Source: Bacteroidales bacterium
GTDB taxonomy: Bacteria > Bacteroidota > Bacteroidia > Bacteroidales > F082
Reading direction: 5' to 3'
DNA length: 64,000 nt
Assembly (NCBI GenBank): GCA_024400295.1
Contig: JAKSNA010000002.1
Coordinates: forward strand, 31,707 to 95,706
Shown piece by piece: positions 29,223-40,850 of the stretch. Position 1 is the stretch's first letter; each line of letters starts with the position of its first letter. Under the pieces are notes generated by a model. The model was not told where the DNA came from. It did not search any database and worked only from the letters and a program-made list of their open reading frames with translations. Made by a program: the position numbers and the translations under genes.

Positions 29223-30134
29223 ATGCCAATCGGAAAAGTAATAAAGTCAACAGGAAGCTGGTACGATGTCCGCGATGACGAAGGTGTCGTGCTCAAATGC
29301 CGCCTGAGAGGTAAGATACGACTCAACGGAGTGCGCACCACAAACCCTGTGGCGGTGGGCGACAATGTGAGCTATGAGAAGGAACGCGACAAAGACACTT
29401 GTGTCATCGACCGCGTGCTGCCACGTAATAACGTGATAATCAGGAAATCGGTGAATCTCTCGAAAGAATCGCACATAATCGCGTCAAATGTTGACCTCGC
29501 CGTCGTCGTGGCGACGATAGCCCAGCCGAGGACATCGACGGGCTTCATCGACAGATTCGCCGTCACCGCCGAGGCTTATCATATCCCGCTGGTGATTGTA
29601 TTCAACAAATGCGACATCTACGATGAAGAACAGAATGCGGCAGCACAGGAACTGATGACAGTCTATAACTCAATCGGTTACGAGTCGTTTCTGGTCTCCG
29701 CGAAGACTGGCTTTAACTGCGACCGGCTTGAGAATGTCATGAAGGGCAAGACGTGTCTGTTCTCAGGACATTCTGGTGTGGGGAAGTCGGCACTCGTGAA
29801 CCGTCTCGACCCAAACCTCAACGTCAAGGTAGGTGAGATCTCCGATGTCCACGAGAAAGGCAAACACACGACGACGTACGCACAGATGTTTCATCTCGGC
29901 TTCGGAAGCTACATCATCGACACGCCCGGCATCAAGGAGTTCGGACTGTTCGACCTTGAGAAAGAGACGCTCGCACAACGTTTCCCGGAGATGCGTGCAT
30001 TGATGCAGGAATGCCGCTTCAACAACTGCACACATCTCCATGAACCACATTGCGCGGTCAAGGAAGCTGTCGAAAACAATGAGATCGCGGCGTGGCGCTA
30101 CGCCAACTATTGTAATATGATGGACGATGAATAG
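29223..30134 (+). CDS. rsgA: Ribosome small-subunit-dependent GTPase A
   Basis: OB fold, circularly permuted GTPase (VFNKCD ... GHSGVGKSALVN), zinc knuckle CRFNNCTHLHEPHCAV. Confidence 0.93.
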   Translation: MPIGKVIKSTGSWYDVRDDEGVVLKCRLRGKIRLNGVRTTNPVAVGDNVSYEKERDKDTCVIDRVLPRNNVIIRKSVNLSKESHIIASNVDLAVVVATIAQPRTSTGFIDRFAVTAEAYHIPLVIVFNKCDIYDEEQNAAAQELMTVYNSIGYESFLVSAKTGFNCDRLENVMKGKTCLFSGHSGVGKSALVNRLDPNLNVKVGEISDVHEKGKHTTTYAQMFHLGFGSYIIDTPGIKEFGLFDLEKETLAQRFPEMRALMQECRFNNCTHLHEPHCAVKEAVENNEIAAWRYANYCNMMDDE

Positions 30135-30160
30135 TCGGAATGATGCAATAATGTCATAAC

Positions 30161-31558
30161 ATGAGAAAGCTGTTCCTCGCCATACTTCTGCTCGCGTCTT
30201 GTGCGGTATATTCACAGGAAACCACGTCAGTGGTGCTCACACACGTGAGGCTGGAAGGCAACAAAATCACCAAGCCATCGGTGATTTTCAGGGAACTTCT
30301 GTTTGAAGAGGGCGACACCATACGTCTGTGCGACTTTGAGATGAAGATGAAAATGAGCCGTGAGAATCTGCTCAACACCACCGTCTTCAACTTTGTCGAT
30401 TTCGACATCGCTGATGACCCTGAAGTCGCAGGCGGCAAGATCTTGACCATCAAGATGGTGGAACGCTGGTACCTGTGGCCGATCCCGTACCTGCACTACG
30501 CCGACAGGTATGTCATGTCGTGGCTTTCCGGAGGTGATATCAGGAGGATGAGCTACGGGTTCAACATGGAGTGGAAGAACTTGTGGGGGCTTTTGCATAA
30601 GCTCGACATGACAGTGATCCTCGGATACAACCAGAAGTATTCGATGACGTATAACATTCCGTATCTCACTGGCAGACAACGGCTTGGCTTGGAGGCAAGT
30701 GTGGGGTATCTTCGTGACAGAGAAGTGGCTTATGCCACACGGAATGACAGGGTTCAGTATTTCAAGGCTGAGCATGGCTGCCCGCATGAGGCATTCTACG
30801 TGTATCTGAAGCCGTATCTGCGGCTGGGACATAGAAACAGACTTTTCTTCCTCGCACGCTACGATGACAATTTCTATGCCGACACTCTGACCTCACTGAA
30901 CCACACGTTTGGAAATGAACTTGATGAACGCTTTCGATATGTCACGCTGTCAATGATATTCAAAAACGACTATCGCGATGACCAAAACTATCCGCTTGAC
31001 GGCCATTATCTTGAACTTGAATTGACGAAAGTTGGCGTAGGTGCGTTCAGCCACGAACCTGATCTGTTCTATGGGAAAGTGACAGCCGACTGGTACACGC
31101 CTGTCCGAGGCCGTTTCTACTGGGCATCGAACATAACCGCCAAAATGTCGGCCAATGACGACGCGCCATATTTCCTGTCAAAAGGTCTTGGTTACGGCAA
31201 CGACTACGTGCGGACGTACGACCTCTATGCCGTTGACGCCCTTGATTTCGCGATAGTCAAGAATAACTTGAAATTTGAGATTATTAGGCCGGTGACGAAA
31301 AATATCAAATTCATCAAGAATGAACGCTTCGGCAAGATACATCTGGCACTGTATGCCAATGTGTTCTTCGACTTTGGCTATTCATGGAATGTGAAAATTC
31401 CGGACGACACCGCCTCAAGACTCGCAAATAAATGGCTTTACGGAACCGGCGTCGGACTTGATTTCGTGACTTACTATGACCTCGTCTTCAGACTCGAATA
31501 CGGACTCAATGGTCTGGGTGAGACAGGATTCTTCATACATCTCGTCGCTCCAATATGA
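30161..31558 (+). CDS. Omp85-family outer-membrane protein with single POTRA domain
   Basis: Signal peptide, POTRA-like VRLEGNKITKPSVIFREL, beta-barrel body ending in an aromatic-rich C-terminus. Confidence 0.65.
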   Translation: MRKLFLAILLLASCAVYSQETTSVVLTHVRLEGNKITKPSVIFRELLFEEGDTIRLCDFEMKMKMSRENLLNTTVFNFVDFDIADDPEVAGGKILTIKMVERWYLWPIPYLHYADRYVMSWLSGGDIRRMSYGFNMEWKNLWGLLHKLDMTVILGYNQKYSMTYNIPYLTGRQRLGLEASVGYLRDREVAYATRNDRVQYFKAEHGCPHEAFYVYLKPYLRLGHRNRLFFLARYDDNFYADTLTSLNHTFGNELDERFRYVTLSMIFKNDYRDDQNYPLDGHYLELELTKVGVGAFSHEPDLFYGKVTADWYTPVRGRFYWASNITAKMSANDDAPYFLSKGLGYGNDYVRTYDLYAVDALDFAIVKNNLKFEIIRPVTKNIKFIKNERFGKIHLALYANVFFDFGYSWNVKIPDDTASRLANKWLYGTGVGLDFVTYYDLVFRLEYGLNGLGETGFFIHLVAPI

Positions 31559-31649
31559 CCTTTAAAATACGTCACGCACAATTTATCAAAATATGCAGCG
31601 TTAAAGATTAAAATTTGAAAATTTTTATTGGGACATATAAAAAAATGTG

Positions 31650-31657
31650 TAATTTTG
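31650..31657 (+). promoter_or_regulatory. -7 promoter box, DUF6089-uppS-bamA-skp operon
   Basis: TAATTTTG, ATG 61 nt downstream. Confidence 0.5.
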
Positions 31658-31717
31658 TGAGTTTGTTATAATTAAGCAAACCCATTGACAATCAACATGG
31701 AAAGTTAATAGAAACGA

Positions 31718-32587
31718 ATGAAAAACAGGAGAAAGTTTGGAATAGCCGTCGTTATAGCCCTTTTTGTTGGGATTTTTGCAGTCGTAAATAAGGCGAATGC
31801 TCAGGTTGTTGAAGTAGGTTTGACTGGCGGATTGTCATCATACTATGGCGATTTGAATCCGATAAAGCCGTTTAACGAAGCCAAACTGGGTTTCGGCGCT
31901 GTCGTCCGTTATTATCAAGGTTCGCGCTGGGCTTTCCGTTTTTCTTATTCAAACATGAATATCACGGCTTCTGACGAGAAAGTGGGCATCTGTCCTGAAA
32001 GGAAACTCAGTTTCAAGACGAACATCAATGATTTCTCACTTATTGCAGAGTTTAATTTCTTTGACTATTGGACTGGAAGCCGCAGGAATTTCGTGACGCC
32101 GTACATTTTCGCTGGCATCGGAGTGGAGACTTTCAACCCTATGACACTCGATGACAAGGAGTTGTGCAATGTCTTGACAGATGTCGATGGCTATGCTGAC
32201 GGAGATGTGAATAAAATTCAGGATGGCACTGCAAAATATAATAAGTGTGCCGTTTCAGTACCATTCGGTCTCGGCGTGAAATACAGCGTCAATAAGAGGA
32301 TTGGTCTGGCTTTGGAATGGCGTGTGCATTGGGCGTGGACCGACTGGCTTGATGATTGCAGCGGCTATTATCCGCTGTGGAATGAAGGCGACTCATGGGC
32401 TCAGTATGCAGACCCGTCGGGAAATCTATCCGTTGACGGCGGAAATGAGATAAAATACCTGAAAAGAGGTGACTCGGTTAAATACGACTACTACAGCTTC
32501 CTTAATTTCACCGTCGCATTCAAGTTCAACTTGCCTCACAGCAAGAGATGCGATGTCGGTTTGAGCGGAAGATATACCACATTTTAA
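31718..32587 (+). CDS. Outer-membrane beta-barrel protein (DUF6089-like)
   Basis: Signal peptide, alternating beta-strand pattern, terminal F; conserved position upstream of uppS-bamA in Bacteroidetes. Confidence 0.6.
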   Translation: MKNRRKFGIAVVIALFVGIFAVVNKANAQVVEVGLTGGLSSYYGDLNPIKPFNEAKLGFGAVVRYYQGSRWAFRFSYSNMNITASDEKVGICPERKLSFKTNINDFSLIAEFNFFDYWTGSRRNFVTPYIFAGIGVETFNPMTLDDKELCNVLTDVDGYADGDVNKIQDGTAKYNKCAVSVPFGLGVKYSVNKRIGLALEWRVHWAWTDWLDDCSGYYPLWNEGDSWAQYADPSGNLSVDGGNEIKYLKRGDSVKYDYYSFLNFTVAFKFNLPHSKRCDVGLSGRYTTF

Positions 32588-32596
32588 TGAAATGCT

Positions 32597-33343
32597 ATGG
32601 AAAGCCTGAAAGATAAGATAGACAACTCACGCCTGCCGCAACACATCGCCATCATCATGGATGGCAATGGGAGATGGGCGAAGGAACAAGGGAAGATGCG
32701 TGTCTTCGGACATCAGCACGGGGTTGATACTGTCCAGCGCGTGACAGAAGCCTGTGCGGAACTCGGTGTGAAATATCTTACACTCTATGCTTTCTCAACC
32801 GAAAACTGGAACCGCTCATCCATTGAAGTCGATGCTCTGATGTCAATCTTGACACAAGCGTTGAAATCTGAACTTAAGACATTGAATGATAATAATATAC
32901 GTCTTGCTGCCATCGGTGACCTCAGACGTCTGCCGAAGTCGCAGTATGACGCTTTGGTGTATGCAATAGATGATACCAAGAATAACAATCGCATGACCCT
33001 CACCCTCTGCCTGAGCTATTCGGGCCGCTGGGAGATCGTCAATGCGATGAGAAATATCGCGGCTCGGGTGAAAGACGGCTCGCTGAATGTTGATGATATT
33101 GATGAGAACTGTATAGCTGGGCATCTCGCGACAGCGGATATGCCTGATCCTGAACTGCTTATACGTACAAGCGGCGAAGAGAGAATCAGCAATTATCTTC
33201 TCTGGCAGATCGCATATTCTGAACTTTATTTTACGAAGAAGTACTGGCCTGAGTTTTCAAAGGAAGACCTGTATGAAGCCGTTGTCAATTTCCAAAGTCG
33301 AGAACGGAGATTCGGTAAGACAAGCGAACAACTTAAAAAATGA
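32597..33343 (+). CDS. uppS: Isoprenyl transferase (undecaprenyl-diphosphate synthase)
   Basis: HIAIIMDGNGRWA, YAFSTENWNR, RTSGEERISNYLLWQ motifs. Confidence 0.96.
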   Translation: MESLKDKIDNSRLPQHIAIIMDGNGRWAKEQGKMRVFGHQHGVDTVQRVTEACAELGVKYLTLYAFSTENWNRSSIEVDALMSILTQALKSELKTLNDNNIRLAAIGDLRRLPKSQYDALVYAIDDTKNNNRMTLTLCLSYSGRWEIVNAMRNIAARVKDGSLNVDDIDENCIAGHLATADMPDPELLIRTSGEERISNYLLWQIAYSELYFTKKYWPEFSKEDLYEAVVNFQSRERRFGKTSEQLKK

Positions 33344-33344
33344 A

Positions 33345-36020
33345 ATGATGACTTATCTTAAAGGATTTAAAATATATATTACTGCGTTTCTGTGCTTCGC
33401 CTGCCTGCTGCTTGGCAATGTCTCTAATGCACAGATTCAGGTCGGCAATGATATGTCTGACATTGATTATTCCCTCCCGAGGGAATATGAGATCGGCGGC
33501 ATAACCGTCACCGGCGCGAAATTCGTTGACCCGAACGTCGTGACAATGTTGTCGGGATTGCAAGTCGGCACGACGGTGAAAATCCCGGGAGACAAGATCA
33601 CCAATGCAATCAAGAAACTGTGGGAACAGGGGCTTTTTGAAGATGTCCAGATTTCATGCACGCAGAAAATAGGCGGCAAGGTCTTCCTTAACATCACAGT
33701 GTCGGAAAGGCCTCGCATCAGCAAGTTCTCCTTCAGAGGGGTGAAGAAGTCGGAGGCCGATGAGCTGAGGAAGAAAATCAACCTTACCAGGGGCGATGTC
33801 GCCACAGAACACACCTACAACAAAACCCGCGGCATCATCACTGATTATTATGCCGAAAAGGGCTATCTGAACACCGAGGTCGTCATCGACGCCGTCAATG
33901 ATACGACACGGGAGAATTACGTCATACTCAACCTCAAGATCGACAAGAAACACAAGGTCAAGATCGGGAACATCGACATTGAAGGCAATGAGGTGCTGTC
34001 AGACAACCAGGTGCGTGCCGCCATGAAGGAGACTAAAGAAAGAGGCAAGTTCGACCCTCTCCGCCCACTCGGCGCGACAGTGGTCAATGCCATTTGGGAC
34101 GTCGTGACACTCAAACCGCTGAAAGCGGAAGAAGAGTTGTTCGACTACGTTGGCAACAACATCAGACCGAGAATATTCAAGTCATCAAAATTCAACCAGT
34201 CAAATTATGAGGATGACAAGAATAAAATCATAGCCAAGTATAACTCAAAAGGATACAGAGACGCGAGGATAGTGAGCGATTCTGTCTATGTTGTTGACGA
34301 TAAGAACCTCGGCATCAAACTTGTCATCGATGAGGGTGACAAATATTACTTCGGCAACATCTCTTGGGTCGGAAATACGAAATACGACACCGCTGTGCTT
34401 AATAATGTGCTCGGAATAAGAAAGGGCGATGTCTATAACCAGGAGCTTCTTGAGAAAAACCTGACTTACAGCGAGGAAGGGATGGACATCACTTCACTTT
34501 ACATGGATGACGGTTATCTGTTCTTCCGCGTCGAGCCTGTCGAGGTGCGAGTCGATAACGACACCATCGATCTCGAAATCCGCATGAGCGAGGGCGAACA
34601 GGCTACAATCAAACGTGTCAAGGTCGTGGGCAACACCAAGACTAACGACAATGTCATCATCCGTGAGATGTACACCAAGCCCGGACAACTCTTCAGCCGT
34701 TCGGATATCATCAGGACTACAAGGGAACTCGCCGCCCTTCAATACTTTAACGCCGAGACCCTCAATCCTGTGCCTGAACCTGACCCGGCAGACGGGACAG
34801 TGGACATCGTGTATAACGTCGAAGAAACATCATCAGACCAGATCGAGCTTTCGGCAGGTTGGGGCTACAACAGACTCATGCTGTCATTGGGATTGACACT
34901 CAACAATTTCTCGTTCAAGAAGTTCTTCAAGAAAGACGCATGGCGGCCGATACCAAGCGGCGACGGACAGAAACTGTCGTTCAGGGTACAGACATACGGT
35001 ACCAATTACATCTACTATGGAGCCTCGTTCACCGAACCCTGGCTCGGCGGAAAGAAACCGAACTCACTGTCAGGCTCGGTGTTCCATTCGGTATATACCA
35101 ACGGCTATTCAAAGTCAAGCGAATATTTCGGGTCATTCAGCCAGACCGGTGTTTCCATCGGATTGGGACAGCGTCTGACATGGCCTGACGACTATTTCAC
35201 CATCTACAATGGAGTGAATCTCATCCGTTACCATCTGAACAATTACGCGTCGGTGTTCAACTTCGGGACAGGGTCAGGCGATTTCAATATCATAGGCTAT
35301 AACATCACACTCGGACGTAATTCGGTCAGCCAGCCGATTTATCCGAGATACGGTTCGGAAATCATTCTCTCTCTTGAACTTACGCCGCCTTATTCTCTGA
35401 TAAACGGGAGAAATTACGATAAGGAGTATCCAGGCGATGAGAATAAGACTGTCCGCCAGGATGCGAAATATAAGTGGGTCGAGTTCCACAAGTGGAAATT
35501 CAAAGCTGCATTCTATACCGAAATATACGACAAACTCGTGTTCATGACAAGAGTCCGTTTCGGTTATCTTGGATACTATAACAGCAATATCGGCGCGACG
35601 CCGTTCCAGAGATTCTTCCTCGGAGGCGACGGTCTCTCGTCATCAACAAACCTCGACGGACGTGAGATCGTGGGCATGAGAGGCTACTCTAACGAGTCGC
35701 TCACCCCGACCGGTTCAGACGGGCTTAACGGCGGCACGATATTCACGAAATATACCATGGAGCTGCGTTACCCGTTGACGCTCAACCCGCAGGCTACCAT
35801 CTTCGCCCTCGGCTTTGTCGAGGCCGGCGACTGCTGGTCGGGCACGGATAATTTCAATCCGTTCGATGTGTATCGCTCCGCCGGCATCGGCCTCAGGATA
35901 TATCTCCCGATGTTCGGCATGCTCGGCCTCGACTGGGGCTATGGCTTCGATGACGTGCCGGGTTCCACCAACGCTTCCGGAAGCCAGTTCCACTTCTCAA
36001 TAGGCGGCTCAATCGACTAA
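33345..36020 (+). CDS. bamA: Outer membrane protein assembly factor BamA
   Basis: Signal peptide after ATG 33345 (1 nt after uppS stop), five POTRA-like repeats, Omp85 barrel with terminal FHFSIGGSID. Track start 33273 overlaps uppS and is rejected. Confidence 0.93.
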   Translation: MMTYLKGFKIYITAFLCFACLLLGNVSNAQIQVGNDMSDIDYSLPREYEIGGITVTGAKFVDPNVVTMLSGLQVGTTVKIPGDKITNAIKKLWEQGLFEDVQISCTQKIGGKVFLNITVSERPRISKFSFRGVKKSEADELRKKINLTRGDVATEHTYNKTRGIITDYYAEKGYLNTEVVIDAVNDTTRENYVILNLKIDKKHKVKIGNIDIEGNEVLSDNQVRAAMKETKERGKFDPLRPLGATVVNAIWDVVTLKPLKAEEELFDYVGNNIRPRIFKSSKFNQSNYEDDKNKIIAKYNSKGYRDARIVSDSVYVVDDKNLGIKLVIDEGDKYYFGNISWVGNTKYDTAVLNNVLGIRKGDVYNQELLEKNLTYSEEGMDITSLYMDDGYLFFRVEPVEVRVDNDTIDLEIRMSEGEQATIKRVKVVGNTKTNDNVIIREMYTKPGQLFSRSDIIRTTRELAALQYFNAETLNPVPEPDPADGTVDIVYNVEETSSDQIELSAGWGYNRLMLSLGLTLNNFSFKKFFKKDAWRPIPSGDGQKLSFRVQTYGTNYIYYGASFTEPWLGGKKPNSLSGSVFHSVYTNGYSKSSEYFGSFSQTGVSIGLGQRLTWPDDYFTIYNGVNLIRYHLNNYASVFNFGTGSGDFNIIGYNITLGRNSVSQPIYPRYGSEIILSLELTPPYSLINGRNYDKEYPGDENKTVRQDAKYKWVEFHKWKFKAAFYTEIYDKLVFMTRVRFGYLGYYNSNIGATPFQRFFLGGDGLSSSTNLDGREIVGMRGYSNESLTPTGSDGLNGGTIFTKYTMELRYPLTLNPQATIFALGFVEAGDCWSGTDNFNPFDVYRSAGIGLRIYLPMFGMLGLDWGYGFDDVPGSTNASGSQFHFSIGGSID

Positions 36021-36055
36021 CTGTAAAATGATTAACGAAAAAGATTAGATAATAT

Positions 36056-36676
36056 ATGAAAACTGCAAAATCAATTTTATTGCTCGCACTCCTGATGGTT
36101 CTTGGAATCAGCTCAGCAGAGGCGCAGGGAAATCAGAAATTCGCTTTCGTCGATACGGAATATATTCTGCAAAACATTCCGGAATACGGCGACGCACAGG
36201 AACAGATAAACCAGCTCTCGTCAAAATGGGAGAAGGAAATCAAGGCGTTAAGGACAAAAGTGGACGCCCTCCAACGTGAATACCAGACGGAGTCTGTGCT
36301 TCTCACCGACGAACAGAAAAGAAAGAAAGAAGAGGAAATCGCCGCGAAGGAACAGGAAATCGTGACTTTGCAGATGGAATATTTCGGACCGGAAGGACAA
36401 CTCTTCACAAAGAGAATAGAGCTTATCCAGCCGATACAGGAGAAAATTTATAACGCGATAAATCAACTCGCCCTCATAAAAAACTATGCTTTCGTGTTCG
36501 ACAAGGCCTCGGGCGCGACAATCCTTTATTGCAATGAAAAAAACGACATCAGTGATGACGTGCTCGACGAGATAGGCAATGTCATGCAGACAGTCCGCAA
36601 GGAAGACCGCAAACGTTCCGGCGGCGGCTCGAATACTTCGGGTGGCAGTAACAATGGTAAAGGCTCGAAAAAATAA
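36056..36676 (+). CDS. OmpH/Skp-family periplasmic chaperone
   Basis: Signal peptide, coiled-coil body, FAFVDTEYIL start of Skp fold, position downstream of bamA. Confidence 0.85.
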   Translation: MKTAKSILLLALLMVLGISSAEAQGNQKFAFVDTEYILQNIPEYGDAQEQINQLSSKWEKEIKALRTKVDALQREYQTESVLLTDEQKRKKEEEIAAKEQEIVTLQMEYFGPEGQLFTKRIELIQPIQEKIYNAINQLALIKNYAFVFDKASGATILYCNEKNDISDDVLDEIGNVMQTVRKEDRKRSGGGSNTSGGSNNGKGSKK

Positions 36677-36703
36677 TTTTTGATGAGTTTGTGAAAAAAT
36701 TTA

Positions 36704-36711
36704 TATCTTTG
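36704..36711 (+). promoter_or_regulatory. -7 promoter box, second skp gene
   Basis: TATCTTTG, ATG 36 nt downstream. Confidence 0.5.
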
Positions 36712-36746
36712 CAAAAATTTTGAGGTTAATTTAAATTTATAAAATA

Positions 36747-37262
36747 ATGAAAAAGTTTTCTAAAGTATTATGTTTTTTAGTGTTAGCAATAGGCTTCGGC
36801 ATCGCTGCTAACGCACAGACAGCAAAAATCGCTTACGTTGATTCATCAGCCATCACAGAAATCATGCCTGAAAGAGCAAAAATCGAACAGGATCTTCAGG
36901 CCTATTACACCGAACTCCAGCAGGAGCTTCAGACAATGGCGACAGAATATCAGGCAAAAATGAAAGACTATGAAGCCAATGCCGCAACAATGTCAAACAT
37001 CCTCCGTCAGTCAAAGGAAAAGGAAATCATGGACCTTCAAGGCAGAATCCAGGACTTTCAGGCAAACGCAGAGACGGCATTTGATGAAAAAAGAGTCGAA
37101 CTCCTGACACCTGTCATCGAGAAAGTCCAGAACGCCGTCAACACGGTGGGTAAGGAAAAAGGTTATACTTACATCTTCGACAAGTCAGTCGGCGCTATCG
37201 TCTATATCGGAACAGATGCCATCGACATCACAGCCGACGTGAAAGCGAAACTCGGCCTTTAA
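36747..37262 (+). CDS. OmpH/Skp-family periplasmic chaperone (second copy)
   Basis: Signal peptide, IAYVDSSAI, coiled-coil, YIFDKS motif. Confidence 0.85.
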   Translation: MKKFSKVLCFLVLAIGFGIAANAQTAKIAYVDSSAITEIMPERAKIEQDLQAYYTELQQELQTMATEYQAKMKDYEANAATMSNILRQSKEKEIMDLQGRIQDFQANAETAFDEKRVELLTPVIEKVQNAVNTVGKEKGYTYIFDKSVGAIVYIGTDAIDITADVKAKLGL

Positions 37263-37290
37263 TTAGTTAAGAGTTAAAAGAGTAGAGAGT

Positions 37291-37328
37291 AAAGAGCGCG
37301 AAGCGGCCAACGTCGCTTCGCGCTCTTT
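37291..37328. terminator. Bidirectional intrinsic terminator between convergent skp and VOC genes
   Basis: AAAGAGCGCGAAGCG (37291-37305) pairs perfectly with CGCTTCGCGCTCTTT (37314-37328), 8-nt loop; the arms continue into C-free / G-free word runs. Confidence 0.8.
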
Positions 37329-37345
37329 TAACTTTACTCTTTTAA

Positions 37346-38407
37346 CTAAAACTTCACTTTCGCAAATCTTAACGCTTTCGTTACCAGGCTGCACAGCGGC
37401 TTGTGGTCGTCTCTGTTTTTGAGGTTGATGTATAATCCTAATTTCTTTGAAATCGGGATTTTGAATGTCTCAACAAATTCAATGAGTGCGCCGTCAGGGT
37501 CTTCGACGTAGGTAAAGTGTCCGTTGGCATCGCCCATGTTGAAGTCCTCGCCGCCGTCGCATACGAAATCGTGACCGAGAGCCAGCGCCGCCTCATGAAT
37601 CTTTTTCATGTTGCGGACATCGAAACACAGATGTATGAACCCGGGGTCGCCCCACCAACGGCCTTCGAGCGTCTTCTTGCATGGCTGCTCAAGATTCTGA
37701 ACCAACTCGATGTGCGAGTTCCCCATGATCTCGCTCAACGGCCCGGTGAATGGCTTCGAGCGTTTCAACTCGACACGACGCATCTTGCATTTCCCGCCGG
37801 GGACATCGCCGAAGTCGTCGAATGTCCTCGTCTCGTCAAAGGCAACTACATCGAAATCAAGAAGTTTTGTGTAGAAATCGATAGATTTGTCCATGTCCGA
37901 CACGCCCATGACGGCTCCGTTCGCGCCGCCGGTATATTTGTCAACGTTGATGAAACAGTAGTCGTCGTGCTCGATCTCGAAGATGTTGCCCCACGGGTCT
38001 TTCATGTAGAAATGTTCCAGTCCCAACGGCGAGACGTTGACATCGCTGAGCATCTCCACGCCTCTGGCTTTCAATTCGTTATAGGCGCGTCTCACGTCTT
38101 TCGCCTTTACTTTCGCGATGTTGATGCCGTAGTCGCCGAGTTGCAGCGGCTCGCTCGGATAAACGACCTTGCGGCCTTGCGGCTGCCATATCTCGAAGCC
38201 GCCTCCGCCTCGCTGCGCGATGGCGAGGATGGCGTGGCGCGGCTGCGGCTTGCCGCCGGTGTAGGGAAGCATCCTCTCCGCAACGCCTTCGGCATCAACG
38301 ATTTTCAGCTCAATATTGAGATTCTGATTGTACCATTTCCATGCAGTCATCAAGTCCTCGACCCCGATGCCGATCTGCTGGATTCCGCAAATAACTTTTT
38401 CTTTCAT
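37346..38407 (-). CDS. VOC-family (glyoxalase/bleomycin-resistance/dioxygenase) protein, tandem domains
   Basis: Repeated beta-alpha-beta-beta-beta modules (IQQIGIGVEDL..., HFYMKDPWGNIFEI, HFTYVEDPDGALIEF). Confidence 0.65.
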   Translation of the reverse strand: MKEKVICGIQQIGIGVEDLMTAWKWYNQNLNIELKIVDAEGVAERMLPYTGGKPQPRHAILAIAQRGGGGFEIWQPQGRKVVYPSEPLQLGDYGINIAKVKAKDVRRAYNELKARGVEMLSDVNVSPLGLEHFYMKDPWGNIFEIEHDDYCFINVDKYTGGANGAVMGVSDMDKSIDFYTKLLDFDVVAFDETRTFDDFGDVPGGKCKMRRVELKRSKPFTGPLSEIMGNSHIELVQNLEQPCKKTLEGRWWGDPGFIHLCFDVRNMKKIHEAALALGHDFVCDGGEDFNMGDANGHFTYVEDPDGALIEFVETFKIPISKKLGLYINLKNRDDHKPLCSLVTKALRFAKVKF

Positions 38408-38517
38408 TTTGTTTAGGTATTTTAAGGAGTTTTAGGAGTTTAAGGAGTTTTAGGAGTTTTAGGTGCTTAAGGTACCTGAATACCTCAAATTCCTAATTAC
38501 CTTAAACTCCTAATATA

Positions 38518-39309
38518 TTACGTTGGTGAAATGTTTTTAGCAATTTTATAATAAAGCCACGGCAGATACCTATTAATATGTGCCATCAAAATCTCGCTTT
38601 TGCCGATAAGCTGTCTGTGCTTTTCTTTTTTGATGGCCTTCACCGCGATTTTCGCGGCCTCGTCAACGTCCATGCCCTTCGCCTGTCCCAGGTCCATCTT
38701 GTCGTATTTCTCGCCGTTGCCGAGCAAGGCACTCTTGCTTATCGGCGTGTTGATTCTTCCAGGAATCAGAAACGTGACGTTAATATTTTGATATTCAAGG
38801 TCTAAAGATTCAAAAAAACCAAACAGCGCGTGTTTCGATGAACAATATGAAGTCCTCAGCGGGAAACCGAAAAGTCCTGCCAAAGAAGTAGTTACGGCGA
38901 TGTTGACATGCCCCGAAGCGAGAATTTCGTCTTTGAATTTCTTGATGAGATAAACGTGGCTCCAGTAATTGACCTGCATTATTTTGCGGTCGGTTTCAAA
39001 ATCGGTGTCAAAACCGCGGCTGCGTTGTGAGACGCCGGCGTTCAGGATAAATAAATCAACATGAAAGCCGATTTCTTTTATTGCGTTTGCCAATTTGTCA
39101 ATTGATTGGAAGTCAGAGAAATCGCATTGCTGGTGATGAACTTTCACGCCTTCTTTTCCGCAAATCTCTTTCGTTTCCAAAAGACGCTGTCCGTTCTGGC
39201 CGGTCAGGAAAAGATTGCAGCCTTCTTTGGCAAGACGTTTTGCAATCGCCGCCCCGATTCCCGAACTGGCACCTGTTATCAACGCATTCTTGTTTGCAAG
39301 ATGTATCAT
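38518..39309 (-). CDS. SDR-family oxidoreductase
   Basis: TGASSGIGAAIA, NNAG-like LNAGV, YCSSKHA catalytic motif. Confidence 0.88.
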   Translation of the reverse strand: MIHLANKNALITGASSGIGAAIAKRLAKEGCNLFLTGQNGQRLLETKEICGKEGVKVHHQQCDFSDFQSIDKLANAIKEIGFHVDLFILNAGVSQRSRGFDTDFETDRKIMQVNYWSHVYLIKKFKDEILASGHVNIAVTTSLAGLFGFPLRTSYCSSKHALFGFFESLDLEYQNINVTFLIPGRINTPISKSALLGNGEKYDKMDLGQAKGMDVDEAAKIAVKAIKKEKHRQLIGKSEILMAHINRYLPWLYYKIAKNISPT

Positions 39310-39332
39310 GTACGGTGTTATTTTTCAGAGTG

Positions 39333-39340
39333 CAAAAGTA
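39333..39340 (-). promoter_or_regulatory. -7 promoter box, SDR gene
   Basis: TACTTTTG on minus strand, ATG 24 nt downstream. Confidence 0.55.
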
Positions 39341-39385
39341 GAAAAGTTTTTTGAAAGTAATTGTGTTTATTGTAAATATTTTTAC

Positions 39386-39393
39386 TAATTTTG
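39386..39393 (+). promoter_or_regulatory. -7 promoter box, alpha-oxoamine synthase gene
   Basis: TAATTTTG, ATG 38 nt downstream. Confidence 0.5.
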
Positions 39394-39430
39394 CCCGTTT
39401 GAAAAATCGTTAACAAAATAACATCATAAA

Positions 39431-40719
<1,289 letters not shown>

Positions 40720-40818
40720 GCGCGAAGCGGCGGCAGTTTCCTGTCACTTCCCGCCCTTCCTGTTGCCCGCCTAAAAAAAAATATTCCTATTTTGGTGACT
40801 ATATACTGGAAAATATAG

Positions 40819-40826
40819 TATCTTTG
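40819..40826 (+). promoter_or_regulatory. -7 promoter box, marR-like gene
   Basis: TATCTTTG, ATG 25 nt downstream. Confidence 0.55.
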
Positions 40827-40850
40827 CATGATTTTATAATTTCAGTGCGT

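Noticed and set aside
33273-33344. N-terminal extensions offered by the ORF track. Examples: bamA from 33273; tgt from 4307; adk from 59631; dprA, rsgA, kdsB, marR, hpt and the REase from TTG/GTG codons
   Set aside because: The extensions overlap upstream genes or promoter boxes and add non-homologous residues. The first ATG downstream gives the canonical N-terminus or signal peptide.
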